Assembly: GCA_002503285.1 (NCBI GenBank)
Contig: DARI01000002.1
Location: forward strand, 150,424 to 214,423
Origin: Euryarchaeota archaeon UBA557
GTDB lineage: Archaea; Thermoplasmatota; Poseidoniia; Poseidoniales; Thalassarchaeaceae
Reading direction: 5' to 3'
Length of the DNA stretch: 64,000 nucleotides
Shown here piece by piece: positions 1-9,431 of this stretch. A model generated the notes under the pieces. The model was not told the DNA's origin. It saw only the letters and a list, made by a program, of their open reading frames with translations, and searched no databases. How positions within the stretch are numbered: position 1 is the first letter of the stretch; each line of letters begins with the position of its first letter. Made by a program: the position numbers and the translations under genes.

Positions 1-794
1 GAACATCTATTATTAGCAGTTGATAAAACTACATCCATTAACAGATTTTCAATATCAATACCGGACATATCAATACCTGATGCAAACGCAATGTGAGATG
101 CTTCACCCATACATGAAATAGCCTGCTCCCACATATTTGGAGTTGATTTTATAGCTCCATTTTTTAAACCTGTTATTGCACATATAGGGTTTATTCCTAT
201 ATTAATTAATAATTTAATCCAGAGTTCTTTTCTGATATCATTACTCCAAACAGGAGATAGATTCGATTCATTTAGTAACTTTATAAAATTTAAAACTAAA
301 TCTGATGGCTTAGAGTCATCCAATTTGCCTATTTTGATAATACCTCTTCCTTCCCAATAAAATACATTTTTATTATGCCAAACGCCATGAGTCACAGTGG
401 AGAGAAGAACTTTTTTTTGACTGAATTTGTCAGATAAGTAATCTAAATGACTGATCCCATTTTGTATGCCCATAACGAATCCATTATCTGAAAGTAATTT
501 CGATGCTAGTTCGGACAAGACTGGAATGGAGTTTGACTTACCGCATATCAGCACAATATCGCAAGAGTGCATTAATTCCTTAGGAATTGATGTATTTTCA
601 GTATCTATTAATTCAAAATAATTAGAAGGTATATTTTCGATGGCGCCTTCTGGGGAATGTATGGCAATTCCTTCCTCCAAAATTTGTTTTAATTTGATTC
701 CACGGGTCCCTACTACCAAATCAGCATAGGAATCAACCAATGCAGAAAGAAATAATCCTCCAATTGAACCTAGTCCCAATATTGCAATTCTCAA
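1..794 (-). CDS. panE: Ketopantoate reductase family protein (partial, runs off window start)
   Basis: Not in the ORF track. Manual translation from TTG at 794 gives MRIAILGLGSIGG (Rossmann motif), then GKS, IQNG, ELWIKLLINIGINPICAI and NRCS, all typical of PanE/ApbA. The start overlaps the upstream TGA (TTGA). Confidence 0.85.
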   Translation of the reverse strand, partial: MRIAILGLGSIGGLFLSALVDSYADLVVGTRGIKLKQILEEGIAIHSPEGAIENIPSNYFELIDTENTSIPKELMHSCDIVLICGKSNSIPVLSELASKLLSDNGFVMGIQNGISHLDYLSDKFSQKKVLLSTVTHGVWHNKNVFYWEGRGIIKIGKLDDSKPSDLVLNFIKLLNESNLSPVWSNDIRKELWIKLLINIGINPICAITGLKNGAIKSTPNMWEQAISCMGEASHIAFASGIDMSGIDIENLLMDVVLSTANNRC

Positions 795-3211
795 TTTGAA
801 CACCCTTGTAATGGACACCTGGCAGCAAGGTGAATAGTTATTCCACTAACATCAACCATTACCCAAACCGCTCTGTGAAGTGGGTCATTACTTTTTTCAT
901 TAATAGATATTTGGACGCTATCATTTGAATTAACTTGCGAAGGAATATCTAGATCCCATATTTCAGTATTAATTGAATCTCCATGCCATTCAATTGATAT
1001 TGACATATTTTTAGATTCCCTGTTGGAGATGGTAAAATTGGAATTAGTTATTTTTTCTCCAATGGAACTATTTTCAATAATTATATCTAATCCTTCTGAT
1101 AATGTATATTTTGATATAATTTCTGTATCATCACATAATATTAACCAACCTGAAGAAGGCATTATCAGAGTACCATTTATGACTTCACCCTGTTTAAATT
1201 GGATAGGCGAATATGCCTCAATTAACCAAGACCAATTGGAACCAACTTCATTTATTGATTCCATTGATTTACAAAATGAAGGATTATTCGGACCATACAT
1301 AATTGAATATTCGGAATCATTTGAATTGAACCACTCAGGAATTTGCCATTCAGAACCTGATATCATAATTTTAGGATTAGTATTTTCAATAGGCATATCC
1401 CAATTTAATATTGAATTATTGTCCATTATGAATTCTATAGATGGCCCATATTTACGAAATTGTTGATCTACGCGATTTGAAGATATTATTGCACCTTCAT
1501 ATCCTCGGAGGCACATATCGTTGATTCCCTCATCAGGAATCGTGGAGTTGATAAATTTCCAATATGAATTATTAGTTGATAGATTTCCAATATCGCCTGT
1601 AAGAATATTTATTTTAGTACAGATAAGTGGAGTATCGGAATCTTCTACCAATTCCCAAAAGACTTGTGTTGGACCGGAGTAATTTGTATTTGATATCTGG
1701 ATGAGATGTTCTTTTTCATTATCTATTACATCAATTACTATTTTTAAATAGATTTTTTCTTCCATAATTATTTCTGGCATTGTAAGAAAAATCTGAATAT
1801 ATTTTCCTGAATTTTGAGTAATATTATTAAATATACAAATTTCATCACCACTATAACAATCAGAAGTAATTTCCCACAAATCTGAATTACTACCTTCTAA
1901 ACTAAATTGTAAAAAACCAGATACCGGCATTATACCCTCAGGTTCAAGAGGTATATTGATAGTTATGTTTTCATAATTTATAAAATATATATCTTCATCC
2001 CAATTTTCAGTAGAAAGTCCTGAATCATAACTTTCTAAATTTGAAAGTGGGGCGATACCTGGGAAACCTAAAATTAAAATTAATAGAAATGCTATAGTAG
2101 ATTTTGATTTAAAACCTTGACTAAGGGTGTCATTATGATCTACTACAAACGGGTCCACTACATTTTCAGGACTAAAACGTTGCCATGCGGCAAACGCAGA
2201 TAAGAAAAGCCAAGGAAGATAATCAACAGAAGCGAAAATAATTATCATAAATATCAATGAACTGATGAATAGTGTTGTTTGTTGGCTGCCAGATTCCATC
2301 TTTGATTGGCCTAATAAAGAATAGACAATTCTATCGCCGGGAAATCCAGGAATAGGCAATAGTAATATCCACCCGATCATAGATAACCCAATGCCGGATA
2401 TTCCAATGGGATGTAGCCATTGAAGCCTTAAATCTACTATATCTCCAATGAAAATTGATGAAATAAATTGAGATAAAATACTTGATGTGAAAACTATGGG
2501 AGATTTGGTAATTTCTGGAGGTTCATTCGAAGTCAACAGTAGACCAATCATAGTAAATATTAAACCCATAAAAATAATTATAACAGGAACTATAGATTCT
2601 ATTATAGCTAGCCTTTTTCTATTAGGAAATGGCAGAAAATCTATTCTTTTTTGAGATATCAGTCCTGCTAATCCAAATGGCCACACAGGATACAATATTG
2701 GAAATATTATTGGTATCATAAGTCCTGTTTTTAAATTACTTTTACTAGCAATAAATGATCTTAATACGCTAGCAAATAGAAGTGAAAAAATTACTGGAAA
2801 TGTGAAATAAATTAGAGATTCTTGCATTGTATTCATACTTAGAATATTTTTATTAGGATCATATCTCCCCAACCATTCTGAACCAACAATAGTTAAAAAT
2901 AGAGACATTAATGACCAAATAGATAATTGCTGCCATTTCTTGAGAATTTCACCAGTAGGAGGTAGGGGCCTAATAGTAAGAATTGGGATTGAGTGTTCAC
3001 TTAGAGTCCCAATCATACCCAAGGATTTAAGATGATTATTGAGTAATAATAAAGCTTCACTAGAATTACAGTCATTTGCTCCTTTAACTTCCCATGACCC
3101 CATTTTAGATGACTCATTACCAAGAATAAAGTATCTTGAAGAAATTACTTCATATAATTCTTGATTACTCCAAGTTTCTGTATCCAATGATAATCTTTTA
3201 GAGTCGTCCAT
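791..3211 (-). CDS. Site-2 protease (M50)-like multi-pass membrane protein with large C-terminal extracellular region; catalytic motifs degenerate
   Basis: PFGLAGLI and LHPIGISGIGLSMIGWILLLPIPGFPGDRI match the M50 layout (NLLPxxxLDGG position). No HExxH. The C-terminal ~400 aa are N/S/D-rich and beta-like. SD GAGGTGA upstream. Confidence 0.6.
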   Translation of the reverse strand: MDDSKRLSLDTETWSNQELYEVISSRYFILGNESSKMGSWEVKGANDCNSSEALLLLNNHLKSLGMIGTLSEHSIPILTIRPLPPTGEILKKWQQLSIWSLMSLFLTIVGSEWLGRYDPNKNILSMNTMQESLIYFTFPVIFSLLFASVLRSFIASKSNLKTGLMIPIIFPILYPVWPFGLAGLISQKRIDFLPFPNRKRLAIIESIVPVIIIFMGLIFTMIGLLLTSNEPPEITKSPIVFTSSILSQFISSIFIGDIVDLRLQWLHPIGISGIGLSMIGWILLLPIPGFPGDRIVYSLLGQSKMESGSQQTTLFISSLIFMIIIFASVDYLPWLFLSAFAAWQRFSPENVVDPFVVDHNDTLSQGFKSKSTIAFLLILILGFPGIAPLSNLESYDSGLSTENWDEDIYFINYENITINIPLEPEGIMPVSGFLQFSLEGSNSDLWEITSDCYSGDEICIFNNITQNSGKYIQIFLTMPEIIMEEKIYLKIVIDVIDNEKEHLIQISNTNYSGPTQVFWELVEDSDTPLICTKINILTGDIGNLSTNNSYWKFINSTIPDEGINDMCLRGYEGAIISSNRVDQQFRKYGPSIEFIMDNNSILNWDMPIENTNPKIMISGSEWQIPEWFNSNDSEYSIMYGPNNPSFCKSMESINEVGSNWSWLIEAYSPIQFKQGEVINGTLIMPSSGWLILCDDTEIISKYTLSEGLDIIIENSSIGEKITNSNFTISNRESKNMSISIEWHGDSINTEIWDLDIPSQVNSNDSVQISINEKSNDPLHRAVWVMVDVSGITIHLAARCPLQGCSN

Positions 3212-3274
3212 CTAAAATCACCTCTATAGTTCATCGGATAATGTTTGATGATAAGATACCTCGTACGATGAGTA

Positions 3275-3901
3275 TTACTTATTCTTGAATCGCTTTAGCC
3301 TGAACGTCTCTTCTCTTTCCATTTCTTCTAATCTTAATTGGATAAAAGATTGTGCTTCCTTCATTTCAGGAATCACAACGAATTCAAGGGCATTGACTCG
3401 TCTTTTGGTCGCCTCTATTTCTTCTAGGAGTCGTTTTAAGGTAGCTTCCATTTCTGCAGCCTTTACAATTTTAGAAATTAATATTGAATACGCGTCTGCG
3501 GATTCATCAATATAAGGGGAGCCCCCAATTATTCCTGTCGGCCTTGTTTCAACGGTTGTCGTAAGATTTGTTCCATCTACCTTTGGAACTACTACTCCCA
3601 TTATATTCCTTCTAGAAACCATAACTTCAGGTCCCGAGGTTGCTGCGATTGCGGCACTTTTTACTGCTAATCCACCTTCTATTGATGATGCTAAAGCAAT
3701 TGATTTTAACGCATCTCGATAAGTTCCAACAAGTTCTTCCCTGGCTTTAATCATCTCAGCCAATAAAGTACGGAATTCAAAAAATAGTCCATCTCTTTTC
3801 ATCTTTAGAAGATTGTACCCACTCGATGTTTGCTTAATCCTACGTTTTAGATTAATCAGTTCTGAGCGTGTAGGTTTGATGTCGAGTGCCAAATTTCTCA
3901 T
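3275..3901 (-). CDS. atpD: A/V-type ATP synthase subunit D
   Basis: PTRSELINLKRR, LLKMKRDGL, TKRRVNALE motifs; operon context. Confidence 0.97.
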   Translation of the reverse strand: MRNLALDIKPTRSELINLKRRIKQTSSGYNLLKMKRDGLFFEFRTLLAEMIKAREELVGTYRDALKSIALASSIEGGLAVKSAAIAATSGPEVMVSRRNIMGVVVPKVDGTNLTTTVETRPTGIIGGSPYIDESADAYSILISKIVKAAEMEATLKRLLEEIEATKRRVNALEFVVIPEMKEAQSFIQLRLEEMEREETFRLKRFKNK

Positions 3902-3927
3902 CCCCTAACTATAATCACTAAATCTAT

Positions 3928-5313
3928 TTATTCTTTCTTATCTGTAGGATGATATTTATCAATCCACTTCTGATCCAATCGTACAAGATACTTTGTATCA
4001 ATATTTGAGAGTAATTTCCATGCTAAATCAAGAGTTCCTTCTTGAATCGGACGATCTTCATCTCGACTTTGCCTGAGGAATTTATCTTCAAAGATATCCG
4101 AAAACTTAAGCAACTGTAAGTCACGTTCATTTAGAGCATCTTCACCTACAATGGCAACTAGGCCTCGTAATTCCCTTCCCTGTGCATAAGCTGCGTAAAG
4201 TTGGTCAGATACTGATTTATGATCTTCCCTAGTTTTTCCATCCCCAATACCTGCATTCATGAGCCTAGATAGAGAAGGCAATACGTTAATAGGCGGATAA
4301 ATTCCTTTCTGATGGAGTTCACGAGAAATAACAATCTGTCCTTCGGTGATATATCCTGAGAGATCAGGAATAGGATGAGTAATATCGTCACCAGGCATAG
4401 TTAATATAGGGAATTGAGTAATTGAGCCTTTCTTTCCTTTGACTAAACCTGCGCGTTCATACAACATTGCTAGATCAGTATACATGTATCCAGGATAACC
4501 TCGACGTCCAGGTACTTCTTCACGAGCAGCGCCTATTTGACGTAGTGATTCACAATAATTTGTCATATCAGTATAGATAACTAATACGTGATAGTCCTTC
4601 TCAAAAGCAAGATATTCAGCAGCAGTAAGAGCTAGTCTTGGAGTAATCAACCTCTCAACAGCAGGGTCATCAGCAAGATTAACGAAAAGACACGCATTCT
4701 CTAGAGCGCCAGTTCTTTCTAAATCATGAACAAAGAAGTTATATTCTTCTGCCGTGATTCCCATTGCACAGAATACTACTACGAAGTCATCATCGCTGTC
4801 AACAAGTTTAGCTTGCCTTGCAATTTGTAATGCTATATCATTATGCGGAAGTCCTGAAGCACTAAAGATAGGTAGTTTCTGACCACGGACTAATGATGTA
4901 CAAGCATCGATTGCAGATATTCCAGTTTGAATAAATGTGTCAGGACTCTGACGAGAGTAAGGATTGATAGCTGCACCTATGATATCTGCCATTTCGTCTG
5001 CTACAATAGCAGGACCGCCGTCCCTTGGACGTCCAGCGCCATCAAGAATTCTTCCAATCATATCTGTACTTACTGGTAACTTAAACACGTCACCAAGAAA
5101 TTTAATTCCTGTTTGTTTATCGATTGACGCTGTACCTTCGAAGACTTGGACGATAACTTGATCGTCAGATGTATCGAGTACTTGGCCATTTTTTAAGGTT
5201 CCATCAGTGAGGCGTAATTCTACAATCTCTCCAAAAGCAACAGGTTCAGTTTTATTTAGGAACACAAGAGGCCCCTTTACGTCTGTAATTGTTCTATATT
5301 CTTTTCCAGTCAT
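3928..5313 (-). CDS. atpB: A/V-type ATP synthase subunit B
   Basis: [51 protein letters not shown]. Confidence 0.99.
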   Translation of the reverse strand: MTGKEYRTITDVKGPLVFLNKTEPVAFGEIVELRLTDGTLKNGQVLDTSDDQVIVQVFEGTASIDKQTGIKFLGDVFKLPVSTDMIGRILDGAGRPRDGGPAIVADEMADIIGAAINPYSRQSPDTFIQTGISAIDACTSLVRGQKLPIFSASGLPHNDIALQIARQAKLVDSDDDFVVVFCAMGITAEEYNFFVHDLERTGALENACLFVNLADDPAVERLITPRLALTAAEYLAFEKDYHVLVIYTDMTNYCESLRQIGAAREEVPGRRGYPGYMYTDLAMLYERAGLVKGKKGSITQFPILTMPGDDITHPIPDLSGYITEGQIVISRELHQKGIYPPINVLPSLSRLMNAGIGDGKTREDHKSVSDQLYAAYAQGRELRGLVAIVGEDALNERDLQLLKFSDIFEDKFLRQSRDEDRPIQEGTLDLAWKLLSNIDTKYLVRLDQKWIDKYHPTDKKE

Positions 5314-5325
5314 TTATACCACCTC

Positions 5326-7068
5326 TCAGTTATCCTCCATAGTCTCGGCAATTTGTTTGATCATTGTTTCTAGCATTTCATCAATTTTGACATCATAACC
5401 TGATTCGAATCTTCCTCTCATAAGATCAGTACGTGCAGGCACGTTGACTACATCTTCAAGAGCAGCGCCACCTGCTAGAGCTTTCTTAGATTCTTCTTGG
5501 AAAGAAAGTATAGCCTTGGCCATAGTATATTGGAGTTTTAAATCGGTATAAGTATCTACGTCATGGAATGCATTCTGTTGAAGGAAAAATTCTCTAATCA
5601 TACGAGCAACTTCTAGAGTTAGTTGTTGATCAACTGGTAGGGCATCGGAACCGACTAACTGAACAATTTCTTGTAATTCTGCTTCAACTTGAAGTAGGGC
5701 ACTGATTTCAGTCCTAATTTCAGGGAAGTTACTGTTAATATTATCCCTATACCATTGATCAAGCGAAGGTGGATATAGTGAATAAGAATTTAGCCAATTA
5801 ATTGCGGGAAAATGCCTTTGACGTGCAAGACCTGCATCTAACCCCCAGAATACTTTAACAATACGTAGAGTTCCTTGACTGACTGGTTCTGAAATATCTC
5901 CACCAGGTGGTGAAACTGCACCTATTACAGATACTGAACCATCGCCCCCAGCAAGAGTCTCGACTCTTCCTGCTCTCTCATAGAATTCTGCAAGACGGCT
6001 GGAAAGATATGCAGGATAACCTTCCTCACCGGGCATCTCTTCTAAACGAGATGATATTTCTCTCATTGCTTCAGCCCAACGACTAGTTGAATCAGCCATT
6101 AAAGCAACGTCATAGCCCATATCTCTGAAATATTCAGCAATTGTAATTCCGGTATAAACTGAAGCTTCTCTGGCTGCTACAGGCATATTGGATGTGTTAG
6201 CAATCATGGTGGTCCTGTTCATCAACGCCTCACCTGTTTTAGGATCTATAAGATGAGGGAATTCATCAAGAACTTCTGTCATCTCATTACCACGTTCACC
6301 GCATCCAATGTAGACAACAATGTCTGCATCGGACCACTTAGCAAGTTGTTGTTGTGTAACTGTCTTACCTGAACCAAATGGACCAGGGATTCCAGCTGTC
6401 CCTCCCTTAGCTAGAGGGAAAAGGAAATCAAGAATTCGCTGACCTGTTTGTAAAGGGACCTCTGGGGCGTGTTTCTTTGTAAACGGACGTGGCGTACGGA
6501 CTGGCCATTTTTGCATCATCTGAATTTCATTCCCATCTTCTAAAGTACAAACAGTTTGAGTCACATTAAATTCTCCAGAACTAATACTCTTGATGACCCC
6601 GGAGGTGCCCGGAGGAATCATAACTCTATGTTCAATAGTCTTCGTTTCTTGGACTGTACCAATGACATATCCTGGTGTTACTGAATCGCCAGCCTTGGCA
6701 GTTGCATTGAAATTCCAATTCTTTTTTAGATCTAAACCGTCTGCATCAACTCCTCTTTTGATGAAAACACCCATGGTCTTTTCAAGTTCAGGTAGAGGTC
6801 TTTGAATACCATCATAAATCTTAGTTAAGAGACCAGGTCCTAGTTGAACAGACAGAGTTTGCCCTGTTCTAATAACTGGTTCACCAGGTCTGACACCTGA
6901 GGTTTCTTCATATACCTGAATAACTGATTGTTCGCCATGTAATTCGATAACTTCTCCCATTAAACCTTCATCACCTACTCGTACAACTTCATACATTCTT
7001 GGGGAAATTCCTACTGCGGTTACAACTGGTCCAGAGATGCGATAAATCACTCCATTTTCTTTACTCAT
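5326..7068 (-). CDS. atpA: A/V-type ATP synthase subunit A (catalytic), no intein
   Basis: Walker [31 protein letters not shown]; 580 aa. Confidence 0.99.
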   Translation of the reverse strand: MSKENGVIYRISGPVVTAVGISPRMYEVVRVGDEGLMGEVIELHGEQSVIQVYEETSGVRPGEPVIRTGQTLSVQLGPGLLTKIYDGIQRPLPELEKTMGVFIKRGVDADGLDLKKNWNFNATAKAGDSVTPGYVIGTVQETKTIEHRVMIPPGTSGVIKSISSGEFNVTQTVCTLEDGNEIQMMQKWPVRTPRPFTKKHAPEVPLQTGQRILDFLFPLAKGGTAGIPGPFGSGKTVTQQQLAKWSDADIVVYIGCGERGNEMTEVLDEFPHLIDPKTGEALMNRTTMIANTSNMPVAAREASVYTGITIAEYFRDMGYDVALMADSTSRWAEAMREISSRLEEMPGEEGYPAYLSSRLAEFYERAGRVETLAGGDGSVSVIGAVSPPGGDISEPVSQGTLRIVKVFWGLDAGLARQRHFPAINWLNSYSLYPPSLDQWYRDNINSNFPEIRTEISALLQVEAELQEIVQLVGSDALPVDQQLTLEVARMIREFFLQQNAFHDVDTYTDLKLQYTMAKAILSFQEESKKALAGGAALEDVVNVPARTDLMRGRFESGYDVKIDEMLETMIKQIAETMEDN

Positions 7069-7102
7069 TTTTAATTCACTTCCTTTATTTTTTTCCTAGG
7101 AT

Positions 7103-7402
7103 TTACTTCCACAAATCGACTCCTAGTGCCGACTTGATGGACTCTCTGAGGGTATTATCCTCTTCAGTCCCAATGCCCAATACTGTGGGCGTGATGCTCT
7201 CGGAGAGTTGCACTCGCAATCTTTCCGGTAATTGTAATAAATCAGAGTTATCAATTACAACAACTCCTACTTCTTTTTCATTCAATAATGACTTCATTGT
7301 TGAAGTCAATTCATTTAAATTAGCAGGGTTGTGTAATCTCAAAACACCTGCAAGCTGGAAACCAAGAGTGAAATCAAGGGATCCGACTATTGCTATTTCC
7401 AT
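7103..7402 (-). CDS. atpF: A/V-type ATP synthase subunit F
   Basis: IAIVGSLDFTLGFQLAG, terminal ALGVDLWK; position in operon. Confidence 0.95.
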   Translation of the reverse strand: MEIAIVGSLDFTLGFQLAGVLRLHNPANLNELTSTMKSLLNEKEVGVVVIDNSDLLQLPERLRVQLSESITPTVLGIGTEEDNTLRESIKSALGVDLWK

Positions 7403-7412
7403 AATATCTACC

Positions 7413-8468
7413 TCAAAAATCCATATGTGCTTCTAATACCTCTGATGTGAGGCCAATCGTCTTGCCGCGCACTAGAAGGCGAAGATTCTGTATTTCGAGT
7501 ACTTTACGCTCGATATAATAAATCACTGGAAAAACTGAAACGGGATTCAGATAAGAAAAACTTCTCAATAAATCATGCCTTTTATGAGACAGAAGCGTCG
7601 CAATTGGATCTAGAGAACCTAATGCATCTGATTTTTCAATTGCTTCATCGAAGCCTGTTTCATCGAATGCGTTACTACGTCTTAAAGCTTCTAATATTTC
7701 TTTAGTTGAATTCGCCTGGGAGACTTGAGTCATAACTGATTGTGAGAGTCGTCCGCCATGAATCACCATCTGTAAACGTTTTTCAGTGGAAATATTTTGA
7801 CGTAACTCACGGAATTGATTAATGATATTTCTATGGTCAATCTCCGTTCTAATGTATTTAACTAAATGAGTGTTGGAATCTCTACCCTTGGATACTTTTA
7901 GAGCATGGTTGTAATAATGTCGATCTAAGGCATCTTCCATCTCTCCAAGTGTTGCGTCAGAATCATCTAATTTTGCTAACTCTTTACCCCAAGGAGTTCC
8001 GGCCATTGAACTAGCGGCCTCATGTAGAGTTTCGGTAGTTCTAACAATATCTAACCAAACAGCATTCATAGGATTTTCAGAGGGTAATATTTGAGATTCT
8101 ATTAACTCATCAGAACAGCCTCCATTAACTGCCCTTAGTACTGTTTTAGCTTTTTCATAAGCAAATCTATCTACATAAATCGCCACTATGGATTTTAAAG
8201 GCCCTTGACAGAAATTCATTACGTCTGAAAGATCATTGTCAAGGTTATGAAAAAGGGCAGCCTCAACAGCATCTGCACCACTCATTCTAGTCGAATAAAT
8301 GTCCATTTCATTCCTATAACCTAGCTCCCCTATGCTGGCTCCAATGGATTCGGGACCTGTCTGCAGGAGTTGACGCATTCTTGTCGAATCTATTAAAGAT
8401 GCTTTACGTGCTTTCGCTCGCGCAGAAGCATTGCATATATTCGAACGACGACTAGCTTGGCCCAACAT
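7413..8468 (-). CDS. atpC: A/V-type ATP synthase subunit C
   Basis: ARAKARKASLI, EIDHRNI, EIQNLRLLVRGK. Start moved to ATG 8468, which follows SD AGGTGA. Confidence 0.93.
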   Translation of the reverse strand: MLGQASRRSNICNASARAKARKASLIDSTRMRQLLQTGPESIGASIGELGYRNEMDIYSTRMSGADAVEAALFHNLDNDLSDVMNFCQGPLKSIVAIYVDRFAYEKAKTVLRAVNGGCSDELIESQILPSENPMNAVWLDIVRTTETLHEAASSMAGTPWGKELAKLDDSDATLGEMEDALDRHYYNHALKVSKGRDSNTHLVKYIRTEIDHRNIINQFRELRQNISTEKRLQMVIHGGRLSQSVMTQVSQANSTKEILEALRRSNAFDETGFDEAIEKSDALGSLDPIATLLSHKRHDLLRSFSYLNPVSVFPVIYYIERKVLEIQNLRLLVRGKTIGLTSEVLEAHMDF

Positions 8469-8481
8469 TTTTTTCACCTTT

Positions 8482-9039
8482 CTAATTACCAAATAAAATA
8501 TTATTTACTTCTCTAATATTCTCTTTCCATGCTTCATCCAAACGACTATCAAAACGATAGTCGAGGACGATGGAACCATCCTTAGACTCAAGAATAAATC
8601 CACCGAGTCCTCCTATATCATCTCCGAGAACAAAATCACTTTTTTCAAGGATTTTTCGGTCATTTGAAACTGGCCTTAATATCATATTGCCGCCATTTTC
8701 AGATGCCGCAGATAAAAGGTCTGATAGAATCTTGGAGCGGCCTTCAAGATCAGGAGATCCTACTGAAGAGCGTATGGTTTCCCAAGTATCATCTAGTTCT
8801 TCACGCCTTGCGATTAAGAGATATTTTTGGTTTGCCTGTTTAGCCGATGCAACTAATTCTATTGACAACTGCGTACTTTCTCTATCTGCGCGCAATTGTA
8901 CATCTTTAGAAAAGTTCATAGCTTCAGATTTAGCTTCATCTTCAATTTTCTTGGCTTGCTGCTTAGCATCGGCAATAATCAATGCTGCCTCTGCTTTCGC
9001 TTGTGTTGCAATTTCTTTTGCTAATACATCTAATGTCAT
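8482..9039 (-). CDS. atpE: A/V-type ATP synthase subunit E
   Basis: N-terminal coiled coil, GGFILESKDG..DYRFD, terminal ILFG; SD GGAGGTG. Confidence 0.93.
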   Translation of the reverse strand: MTLDVLAKEIATQAKAEAALIIADAKQQAKKIEDEAKSEAMNFSKDVQLRADRESTQLSIELVASAKQANQKYLLIARREELDDTWETIRSSVGSPDLEGRSKILSDLLSAASENGGNMILRPVSNDRKILEKSDFVLGDDIGGLGGFILESKDGSIVLDYRFDSRLDEAWKENIREVNNILFGN

Positions 9040-9081
9040 TCATACACCTCCCTATTTCTCCAATTAGTCCTATATTCTCAC

Positions 9082-9387
9082 TTAAAGCAAAAATATTGAA
9101 AGGAATCCGAAAAGAACAATGGTTTCTGGTAAAGCTGTAAAAATAAGTCCGTTAACGAACTTACTACTATCTTCGGCGATCATTCCAACTGCTGCCGCTC
9201 CAATTTGACCTTGACTCATACCTGTGCCAATTCCAGTCAATCCTAGAGCGATTCCTGCTGCAATATTTTTGTACGCTGCAACCGTAGATTCGTTATCTGC
9301 TTCTGCTTGTACGCTACCGACAATCATCACTAATGATGAAAGTGTCATTAGCATACCCATTCCTCTTATTTTATTTCTTTTATTCAT
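9082..9387 (-). CDS. atpK: A/V-type ATP synthase proteolipid subunit K (c) with N-terminal leader peptide
   Basis: GxGxG-rich helix (GLTGIGTGMSQG), ion-binding PET motif, one hairpin; SD AGGAGG. Confidence 0.95.
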   Translation of the reverse strand: MNKRNKIRGMGMLMTLSSLVMIVGSVQAEADNESTVAAYKNIAAGIALGLTGIGTGMSQGQIGAAAVGMIAEDSSKFVNGLIFTALPETIVLFGFLSIFLL

Positions 9388-9431
9388 TTTATTTCCTCCT
9401 TTTTTCTAAGCTTAATGCTTGGAATGTGATA

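Noticed and set aside
5326..7068. Inteins in AtpA or RfcS, which are common hosts
   Set aside because: Both proteins have normal length and continuous motifs.
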